DNA from: Chthoniobacteraceae bacterium
Lineage (GTDB): Bacteria; Verrucomicrobiota; Verrucomicrobiia; Chthoniobacterales; Chthoniobacteraceae
Reading direction: 5' to 3'
NCBI GenBank assembly: GCA_031409655.1
Contig: JANNXQ010000109.1
Location: 1-26,246, forward strand
Length of the DNA stretch: 26,246 nt
Positions 1 to 6,442 of this stretch are shown piece after piece. Numbering within the stretch: position 1 is the stretch's first letter; every line of letters begins with the position of its first letter. The position numbers were made by a program, and so were the translations under genes. The notes beneath the pieces are model-generated. The model made no database searches. It was not told the origin of the DNA and saw only the letters and a list, made by a program, of their open reading frames with translations.

Positions 1-126
1 GATCGCCTCCCGCACGAGGTCGGCCTGCGGCTGCGTAAGCCACCGGTCGCGCCCCGCGTGGTGCCAGCCAGCGTGCTGATTCGCAACCACCACGGCGTCC
101 AAGACTGGGAGCACTTCCTCGGTTAG
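1..126 (+). CDS. 3' end of a hypothetical protein (partial)
   Basis: Frame 1 is open from the window edge to TAG at 124-126 (DRLPHEVGLRLRKPPVAPRVVPASVLIRNHHGVQDWEHFLG*) with GC-rich third positions. No family recognised. Confidence 0.4.
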   Translation, partial: DRLPHEVGLRLRKPPVAPRVVPASVLIRNHHGVQDWEHFLG

Positions 127-159
127 TGCCTGCCAGCCGCCTCCGAGCCGCTGCGTGTC

Positions 160-182
160 TTTGACATGCAGCGGCTCGCATG
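160..182 (+). promoter_or_regulatory. TTTGACA-N11-GC-ATG motif, copy 1
   Basis: TTGACA at 161-166 and ATG at 180 (13-nt gap). Same spacing as the copies at 1933 and 3590. Confidence 0.7.
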
Positions 183-437
183 GCGTCCACGCCCGACTAT
201 TCCATCGGCTTCACCCGCGCAGAGGTGGAGGAAATCCTCGCCGCCCAAAAAGCGGAGTTGAAGCGCACACTCGCGGCGTGGTCGGAATCTGGGTCGTCGG
301 TGCAGAAACGCCGCATCGACGAGATCCACGCGATCATCGCCGCGTGCCAGACGGCACTGCGGAAGCTCGCACCGGAAATCTACGGCCGTCCCGTGCGTGT
401 CGGCACGAGCGAGGTCGTCGGCCATCTGCCCAAATGA
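180..437 (+). CDS. Phage head-to-tail joining protein (lambda gpW-like position and size)
   Basis: 85-aa helical ORF immediately before the portal, with an ATGA overlap at 434-437. Assigned mainly by synteny. Confidence 0.6.
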   Translation: MASTPDYSIGFTRAEVEEILAAQKAELKRTLAAWSESGSSVQKRRIDEIHAIIAACQTALRKLAPEIYGRPVRVGTSEVVGHLPK

Positions 438-1884
438 ACCCGCTCCGTTCCATCATCACTGCGATCCTGCCGCGTGCTTGGTTCAGCCCCTACGAATCGG
501 CGAACCCATCGCCACGTCGCGGGCGGGTGCCGGGCGCGGCTCCGCGTGATGCAAAGCTCGATCTGCTGCCCGGCGTTCGGCGCGACTTGGTCCGTCGATC
601 GCGCTACCTCCACAAGAACTCCGGCTTCGTGCGCGAGTTGGTCGGCAACATGGCGATCTACGCCACCGGCGACGGCATCAAGCCGCAGGCGCTTTCGGGC
701 AATACCGAGTGGAACAAGGCCGCCGAGGAATACTTCGCGCAATGGGCCGCTCAATGTGAGGTCAGCAATCGCTTCTGCTTTGCCGAGTGCCAGGCACTCG
801 TCTGCCGCGGCATGGACGTGGACGGTGAATACTTTGTCCACAAGACGCGGAACCGCGACGGCGCGCTGCGACTGCAACTCATCGAATCGCATCGCATCGC
901 ATCGGCGACGCCGACCAGAACGACACCGAAGACGGATCGGCTTCGATGAGTTTGGCGCGCCGGCCTTTTACCGCGTGCTCCTCGATGACGGCGGCTTCAA
1001 AGACGTGCCCGCGCATCTGATGCTCCACGTCTTCGAGCCGGAATACGCGAGCGCGGTCCGTCAGGCGCCCGCCTTGCAGCACTCGATCAACCACCTCCTC
1101 GACGCGATGGAGTTGCTGGCCTTGGAAAAGCACGCGGTCAAAGACAACGCGGACGTGTCCCGCATTCTCAAGACCGAGCGCGGTGAACTCGACGAGGATG
1201 GCGACTTCGCCATCGGCAAGCCGGCTGCCAACGGTGAGAAGAGCGAGCCGGGTGCGTTGCAGAAGATCATGGGTGGCAAGCTCGTGGCGCTGAAGCCCGG
1301 AGAATCTCTCGACAGCTTTCAGCCGAACCGGCCCAGCCCCACATTCACGGGCTTCCTCGAACATCTGCGCCGCGACTCCGCACTCGGGCATATCCCATTC
1401 GAGTTCGCCGCCGACTCAAGCAAGGTTGGCGGTGCCGGTGTGCGGCTGGTCGTGGCCAAGGCCGACCGCCGCTTTTCCTATCGCCAGCTCATCCTGATTG
1501 AGCGGTTCCTCAAGCCCGTCTGGTTCTTCGTCATCGGGGACGCGATTGCGAATGACCGGCTCGCGGCCGTGGAAAACTGGACGAAGGTGGCTTTCACCAC
1601 ACCCCGGCGAGTGACCGTCGATGCCGGGCGCGAGGCCCAGTAGAACCGGGCGGATGTGGAGATGGGAATCAAAACACTCCACGCCCATTACGCCGAGCAG
1701 GGCATGGACTTTTCGGAGGAAAAGGAAATCCGTGCGCAGAACGCGCGCTCTCCTGGATCTGGCGCGGAAATACGATGTGCCGCTGGCCATGCTCTATCGC
1801 CCGAGCGGTGGCATTGATGCGACGCCGGTCGTGGGGGAGATCGAAGACCCACCGGCGACCATCGGCATTCGGCAGCCGGGTTGA
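434..1884 (+). pseudogene. Lambda-family phage portal protein, disrupted
   Basis: Portal-like segments (RRSRYLHKNSGFVRELV, DGEYFV, LQLIESHRI, IGFDEFGAP, LKPGESL..FQPNRPSPTFTGF, VDAGREAQ) lie in different frames. Lesions: extra ATCGC unit at ~886-900, 1-nt loss at ~935, in-frame TAG at 1641-1643, frameshift at ~1745. Final stop at 1884. Confidence 0.88.
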
Positions 1885-1931
1885 GCATTCGCAAAAGCAG
1901 CGGAGTTCATTGCGCAATGAACGGCCGCCCT

Positions 1932-1954
1932 TTTGACAGGCGGCACCGGGCGTG
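1932..1954 (+). promoter_or_regulatory. TTTGACA-N11-GC-GTG motif, copy 2
   Basis: TTGACA at 1933-1938 and GTG at 1952 (13-nt gap). Confidence 0.7.
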
Positions 1955-2017
1955 ACGCCACTTCTCCACGCCATCCATTACCAGCCCTGGCTGATTACGC
2001 CCGAGGCTCACGCGGCC
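1952..2017 (+). pseudogene. N-terminal stub of an S49-family (lambda gpC-like) capsid maturation protease
   Basis: Reads MTPLLHAIHYQPWLITPEAHAA, resembling the 'PWLITPE' N-terminus of phage S49 proteases. It sits directly after the portal and behind the motif, then runs into a hairpin and stops at 2080. Confidence 0.55.
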
Positions 2018-2039
2018 ACCCTCTTTCGGTGCGTGTTGC

Positions 2040-2073
2040 AAAGCCCCGCTGCTGGAAACGGCAGCGGGGCTTT
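2040..2073. terminator. Intrinsic terminator-like hairpin, possibly bidirectional
   Basis: AAAGCCCCGCTGCTG-GAAA-CGGCAGCGGGGCTTT: 15-bp stem with one G-U pair, GAAA tetraloop, short A and T runs at the base. Confidence 0.75.
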
Positions 2074-2135
2074 CACGTGAAGCCATCAGACTCGGCAACT
2101 CAGCGAATCCTGATGGCGCCTCACTGAAATCAGCT

Positions 2136-2151
2136 TACGATTTCCGCTGTG
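2136..2151 (+). promoter_or_regulatory. Possible -10 element for a leaderless transcript of the sheath gene
   Basis: TACGAT at 2136-2141, 7 nt before GTG at 2149, with no Shine-Dalgarno sequence. Confidence 0.35.
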
Positions 2152-3537
2152 CGCATCTTTACTGCCATGCTCGCCGCGGTGCTTTGCCTGGCGGCAGTTC
2201 CAATCGAAGGAAAAGGCCAGGTGACACCATTGCCAACTTCGAACGCGGCGCTGCTAGGACGCTTTGCCCGCGGGCCGATTGATCTGCCCGTCCTCGTGGG
2301 ATCGGCTGAGTTCGCTACGATGTTCGCTTCATCCGCTCCCGCGGCGTGGCCTGCGGAAGTGCAGGCCCGGCAGTTCTTCGCCAATGGGGGCGTCTCTTTG
2401 CACGTCACACGCATCTCGGACAGCAAACCGCTCGGCGACGCCCTGGCTGGCCGTGACACAGATCGCAGCGGGCTCCACGCGCTCGAACCACTCAGCAATC
2501 TACGGTTGCTGGTTGCGCCGGAACTCAGCCTGGTGCCTGCGGTCTCGTTTGCCTCAACGTTCGCAAGTTTCCGTGCCTTTCTTGAACCGCGTCGAATCTT
2601 CTTCGTGCTCGATCCGCCGCCGGGATTCGCCAGCGCAGCCGCGGTCATCAATTGGGTCAATGCGGCGGTGCCGGCGGACGCATCGTTTTGTGCGCTCTAC
2701 TTTCCCTACCTCGACGTGTTGCTCGACGGCGCGCCGCTGACCATCACCGCTTCCGGCGCGATGGCGGCAATCTATGCGAAAGGCGATGCTGCCCTGGGAA
2801 TCTGGCGGAGCCCGGCAGGGACGAGCCTGCCGCTGCAGGCGGTGGCACTGACTCCGGCGCTCACCACCGCGGACATCGATTCCCTCAACACCAGTCACAT
2901 TTGTTCGATCCGCCAATTCACCGGCATTGGCATTGTGCCGTGGGGCTCACGAACGCTTGACCGCAATAGCGTGAATAACCGGTTCATTTCCGCGGTCCGA
3001 ATGCGAGATTGGGTCGCGGCGTCGATTGAACGTTCCCTGGCTTTCGCTGCGACAGCCGACAACGCGACTCCGCTCTGGAGCCAGATCACTACATTGGTGC
3101 AGGACTTTCTGCACTCGCTCTATCAACAAGGCGCCCTGGTCGGCACTACGCCTTCACAGGCTTACTTCGTGCGCTGCGATGCCACGACAACATCTGCTTC
3201 GGACATCGCCGCCCATCGCATCAATGTGCTCTATGGGATGGCACTTCTCAGGGCCGCGGAGTTCGACATCACGACGCTGAGCGCCGCCACCTACGACAGT
3301 TTGCAGCCGGTGCCAGTTCCCGCGCTCCACCCGCGCAGCCTCAGCGGCGAACTCCTGCTCCCATATCCCACAGTCGCCGGATTCAATTACGTGCTGGAGT
3401 CTAAACAAGACCTTCAATCCGCCATTTGGGAAAGCGTCAGCGGGCCGATCAGCGGCGATGGAGCCTGGCGGATGCCTGCCATCCCGATCACAGGTGACCG
3501 CGCATTCTACCGCGTGCGCATTGCTCCGGCTCGCTGA
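2149..3537 (+). CDS. Signal-peptide-bearing tail sheath family protein (eCIS/Afp-like) with a C-terminal Verrucomicrobia-type FYRV domain
   Basis: N-terminal MRIFTAMLAAVLCLAAVPIEGKG. Sheath motifs GRFARGP, FFANGG, ALYFPYL, SGAMAAIYA..D...GIWRSPAG, WGSRTL, LWSQI..FLHSLYQQGALVG..QAYFVRCD..T..DI, LRAAEF. Tail YVLESKQDL..W..GDG..FYRVRI. Reading frame intact. Confidence 0.85.
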   Translation: MRIFTAMLAAVLCLAAVPIEGKGQVTPLPTSNAALLGRFARGPIDLPVLVGSAEFATMFASSAPAAWPAEVQARQFFANGGVSLHVTRISDSKPLGDALAGRDTDRSGLHALEPLSNLRLLVAPELSLVPAVSFASTFASFRAFLEPRRIFFVLDPPPGFASAAAVINWVNAAVPADASFCALYFPYLDVLLDGAPLTITASGAMAAIYAKGDAALGIWRSPAGTSLPLQAVALTPALTTADIDSLNTSHICSIRQFTGIGIVPWGSRTLDRNSVNNRFISAVRMRDWVAASIERSLAFAATADNATPLWSQITTLVQDFLHSLYQQGALVGTTPSQAYFVRCDATTTSASDIAAHRINVLYGMALLRAAEFDITTLSAATYDSLQPVPVPALHPRSLSGELLLPYPTVAGFNYVLESKQDLQSAIWESVSGPISGDGAWRMPAIPITGDRAFYRVRIAPAR

Positions 3538-3553
3538 GAAGTCCGGGATCTTG

Positions 3554-3576
3554 TGCCAGCGGACGCTTCGCTGGCA
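3554..3576 (+). terminator. Hairpin downstream of the sheath gene
   Basis: TGCCAGCGGA-CGC-TTCGCTGGCA, a 10-bp stem 16 nt after the stop codon. No clear U-tract. Confidence 0.4.
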
Positions 3577-3588
3577 ACGCGGTAGCGC

Positions 3589-3611
3589 TTTGACACTCGT
3601 GGGCAGGCATG
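3589..3611 (+). promoter_or_regulatory. TTTGACA-N11-GC-ATG motif, copy 3
   Basis: TTGACA at 3590-3595 and ATG at 3609 (13-nt gap). Confidence 0.7.
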
Positions 3612-3917
3612 TCCCTGCACGACGAAAAAGCCGCTGCACTCGCCGAGGTTGTCGCCGCCACAGGGGAGGAGATTACCTGGAAGGGGAGGACGATCCGCGC
3701 ACTCGTCTCCGACAACCCACTGAGCCAGGATCTCGGTCCCGGCGGATTCGAGGCGAAGGGCGATTGCACGATGAAGGTGCTGCGCTCGGAGCTTGGCACC
3801 GACCGGCCAAAGCTCGGCGAAACGGTGGCGTTCCAAGGCGCGACCTATCGAATCACGCGTGTCACCGACCACCCGCAGTTCCCGATGATCGTGCTCGTCA
3901 TCGAGCCGGAGGACTAA
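3609..3917 (+). CDS. Phage head-tail joining/closure protein (gpFII-like)
   Basis: 102-aa beta-rich protein with the PKLGETVAFQGATYRITRV pattern typical of head-closure proteins; position after the head module. Confidence 0.65.
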   Translation: MSLHDEKAAALAEVVAATGEEITWKGRTIRALVSDNPLSQDLGPGGFEAKGDCTMKVLRSELGTDRPKLGETVAFQGATYRITRVTDHPQFPMIVLVIEPED

Positions 3918-3922
3918 ACGCC

Positions 3923-4327
3923 ATGCTCGACCACACACTCGATGAACTCCTGTTCGCGCACTTGAAAACGGTGCCCGCACTCGCCGCGCTCAACGGCTTC
4001 ACCGGCCAGGACAATGCGGATCACAAACTGCCGGTACTGACCATCAGCACCACGTCGGAACCGCTCGCCGGCTCGGACACGGCGTTTCGCGGCGAGGTCG
4101 GGATCATCATCGAAAACGAGGCGCACGACACGACCGCGGCGGCGCACGGTGAGCGGGTCGAGGCTGTGCGAGTGGCGCTCTCCAATCGCGCGGCGGTCAT
4201 CGCGGCAATCAACGCGACCGGACGGTTGCACATCTACGGCTACGCGCCGCTCGGCACCGAGCCCACGGCGGGCGACGCTCGTTTCACCACGAACCTCAAG
4301 TATCGCTTCGGCTTCGGCCCGGCGTGA
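3923..4327 (+). CDS. Phage tail terminator-like protein (gpU-like)
   Basis: ATG at 3923 after a GGAGGA; 134 aa (MLDHTLDELLFAHL...KYRFGFGPA); lies between the head-closure and tail tube genes. Confidence 0.5.
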   Translation: MLDHTLDELLFAHLKTVPALAALNGFTGQDNADHKLPVLTISTTSEPLAGSDTAFRGEVGIIIENEAHDTTAAAHGERVEAVRVALSNRAAVIAAINATGRLHIYGYAPLGTEPTAGDARFTTNLKYRFGFGPA

Positions 4328-4347
4328 AAGGACACCACCTCGCCGGT

Positions 4348-4680
4348 ATGCCCGCCAACGACGTAAAATTCGGCATCTCTCGCCACACCGGCACGCTCAT
4401 TGATTCGGTGGAAACCGACGACAGCGTTCAGGTCAAGGAACTCCCCGGCAGCAACGGCGACATCGCCCGCGTGAAGCTCTATCGCAAGACCATCGAGGGT
4501 AGCGTGAAAGGCCATGGCGCGCTCGCGGTGGTGCCGGGCGTCGGCGATCCCGGCGTGAGCGGGCTGTCGGCCGGCAGCGTGACGGTGATCACCAACGTGA
4601 AGCGCAGCGAGAACAACGAAGACTTCGACGGCTGGGAATACAGCTTCAAGAACTACCCGAACGCGGAGGCCCTGACCTGA
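4348..4680 (+). CDS. Putative tail tube protein (short, 110 aa)
   Basis: ATG at 4348 is preceded by AGGACA at the same 13-nt spacing as the TTGACA motif. Beta-strand-rich (VITNVKRSENNEDFDGWEYSF); upstream of the chaperone gene. Confidence 0.5.
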   Translation: MPANDVKFGISRHTGTLIDSVETDDSVQVKELPGSNGDIARVKLYRKTIEGSVKGHGALAVVPGVGDPGVSGLSAGSVTVITNVKRSENNEDFDGWEYSFKNYPNAEALT

Positions 4681-5123
4681 TGAAAAAGGGCGACCACCTT
4701 TGCATCCTGCGCGCCGAGGTGAGGACGGAGGCGGACGGGCTCAATCTCCTCCGGCTCGTAGCCGCGCTCACCACCATCGGCGTCCCACTCGACGACGACT
4801 GCCCGTATCTGGAAACGCGTGAGCTGGTTGAAGGTTCGGAGCGGCGTCTGGTGACGTGGACGCTCAAGGCCATGAGCATTTGCGGGCAATATGATGCGCG
4901 GAAGCTGATCGAAGCCTGGCACGACCCGGTCTGGACGACGCAAAACGCCGAGCATCCCTTCGCCTACATCAAGACGGCGTTCCAGAATGCGGGGCTGCTC
5001 GCAGCGGAAGTGGCCCGGCTTGCGCCCGTCGCGTTGATTCGCAAAGGCCAGAAGTTCGCCTTGGTGCCTTTCGACGCCACGCTGGAACGCCGCCAGGAAC
5101 TCTTCTCCGCTCTCGACCAATGA
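4680..5123 (+). CDS. Phage hypothetical protein
   Basis: 147-aa ORF coupled by a TGATG overlap upstream and an ATGA overlap downstream. Confidence 0.7.
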   Translation: MKKGDHLCILRAEVRTEADGLNLLRLVAALTTIGVPLDDDCPYLETRELVEGSERRLVTWTLKAMSICGQYDARKLIEAWHDPVWTTQNAEHPFAYIKTAFQNAGLLAAEVARLAPVALIRKGQKFALVPFDATLERRQELFSALDQ

Positions 5124-5569
5124 CCACGGGCGAACGCACCCAAGCGAATCTGGCTACGTTCATCGCGCCGATGCCGGAAACCTCCGGCATCACGCTGCGG
5201 CCATTCTCGGCGGGCACACTCACGCTCTGCCGCGCACTCGGCCTTTCGATGGTCGTGGGCGGCGACAAGGAGCAGGTCGAAGCGCTCTCCGCCGACGACA
5301 AGCAGCGGCAGCTCACGACGTTCCTCTTCATCCAATCGCAGCCGCTCGACGTGGTGAAGAAGGCGGTGAAGCTCGCGCGCGAAGACCGCCAGGCGTTCGA
5401 GGATGAGTATCTCCTTCCCTTCGAGCTGGAGCTGCCGGTCACCGCCATGTTCACGGCTATGGCGCAACTCGAGAACAACCTCACCGCCATCGAGGCCGCG
5501 CAGAGCGAAGTCCTGCCCCGGCTAGGCGGAGGCAGGAACGAGTCGAAGGCTCCGCCGCACCCAAACTGA
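5120..5569 (+). CDS. Tail assembly chaperone (gpG-like)
   Basis: 149 aa; ends in C CCA AAC TGA, an in-phase X XXY YYZ slippery heptamer at the stop, as is established for siphophage G/GT chaperones. Confidence 0.7.
   Translation: MTTGERTQANLATFIAPMPETSGITLRPFSAGTLTLCRALGLSMVVGGDKEQVEALSADDKQRQLTTFLFIQSQPLDVVKKAVKLAREDRQAFEDEYLLPFELELPVTAMFTAMAQLENNLTAIEAAQSEVLPRLGGGRNESKAPPHPN
5560..5566 (+). promoter_or_regulatory. Programmed -1 ribosomal frameshift site CCCAAAC
   Basis: Heptamer is in the correct phase immediately before TGA at 5567, and the -1 frame reads as plausible protein. Confidence 0.65.
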
Positions 5570-5796
5570 TCGAGCCAGTGTGGACGGCGAGCTTCGTCTT
5601 CACACTGGCGCGAGAAACGGGATGGCCGGAGCACTTCATCTTCTGAGAACTGCCCCTCGCGCGGCTTCGCCAATACCAGCACTGTGCCTTGCGCGCGCAC
5701 GATGTCTGGACGGTGCCGGTCGCGCCTCCTGCGACCCATCAGCTTGAAACCTTGCTGACGAACTGGAGACCCGTTGAACGGACGCCTGCGTTTTGA
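5560..5796 (+). pseudogene. gpT-like frameshift extension of the tail chaperone, with an internal nonsense codon
   Basis: The -1 frame reads KLIEPVWTASFVFTLARETGWPEHFIF*ELPLARLRQYQHCALRAHDVWTVP...; TGA at 5644-5646 is probably a mutated TGG. Confidence 0.6.
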
Positions 5797-6439
5797 TCTG
5801 AAGCCCATCCAGCGCGGCATCAAGGCGCTGGCACCACAGGTGAAAAAGTCGCGGCGCGAACTCGCCGAAGAAGCCGCACGCGGCTTCGTGAAGGAAGTGG
5901 TCGCGATCACGCCCCCGGCGTCGAAGGGCAAGCGGGGGAGTGCAGCAAAGAAGGCCGGTGAAGGCGCCATCATCGCCGACCTCGCACGCGTCATGGTCGC
6001 AGCCGCGCGACGCAAGGGCGTGAAGCTGGGCGACCCGGCGGAGATCCACAAACGCCTGCGCGATCCAAACACCGGCCGGATCAATCCGCGCAACCTCAAG
6101 AGCCCGTATCCAGTGGACGCCTCGGCACTGCGCGCCCCCAAAAGCGAGCTGCTCAAGCGAGTCGGTGAACTCGCCGCCGGCTGGAACGCAGGCGCGCAGA
6201 AGCTCGGCGTGAAGCTTCCCGCGTGGGTCGCTCGCCACGGCTCGTCACGCAGTTCGGCGACCGTCATCAACACCTTCCGCGTCTTCCGCATCATCCTCAC
6301 CAACGCGGTGAAATACGTGACGAAGGTGGACGCCTACGACCGGCGCATCCAGTCGGCCATCAACATCCAGGGCAAGAAGATGCAGCGGCGCGCGGAGTTC
6401 CTGCTCGCGCGTGCGTTGAAGATCGCGGGCTGGCGCTGA
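5774..6439 (+). CDS. Phage tail completion/neck-like basic protein (HK97 gp10-like)
   Basis: 221 aa, very basic, with 'VVAITPP' and 'GELAAGW' resembling the gp10-family pattern. TTG start is uncertain. Confidence 0.5.
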   Translation: MNGRLRFDLKPIQRGIKALAPQVKKSRRELAEEAARGFVKEVVAITPPASKGKRGSAAKKAGEGAIIADLARVMVAAARRKGVKLGDPAEIHKRLRDPNTGRINPRNLKSPYPVDASALRAPKSELLKRVGELAAGWNAGAQKLGVKLPAWVARHGSSRSSATVINTFRVFRIILTNAVKYVTKVDAYDRRIQSAINIQGKKMQRRAEFLLARALKIAGWR

Positions 6440-6442
6440 GCC

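Larger units (their letters stand above)
160..6439 (+). mobile_element. Defective lambda-like (siphovirus-type) prophage morphogenesis remnant
   Basis: Gene order gpW-portal-(protease)-FII-U-tube-G/GT with multiple lesions. No capsid, tape measure, terminase or integrase within the window. Confidence 0.85.

Noticed and set aside
155..1643. ORFs 155-949 and 474-1643 as two independent genes
   Set aside because: They are frame fragments of one portal gene starting at ATG 434.
1641..5646. Stop-codon recoding or selenocysteine at TAG 1641 and TGA 5644
   Set aside because: They are two different stop codons, each one transition from a sense codon, and they co-occur with frameshifts. TGA is used as the normal stop by neighbouring genes, so decay is the simpler explanation.
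4969..6303. 444-aa minus-strand ORF over the tail genes
   Set aside because: Overlaps a coupled + strand phage operon and has no protein-like features.
2149..6439. Reading the region as a myophage tail, tailocin or eCIS locus
   Set aside because: No baseplate, spike or tape measure genes are in the window, the neighbours look siphophage-like, and the sheath has a signal peptide and its own expression signals.
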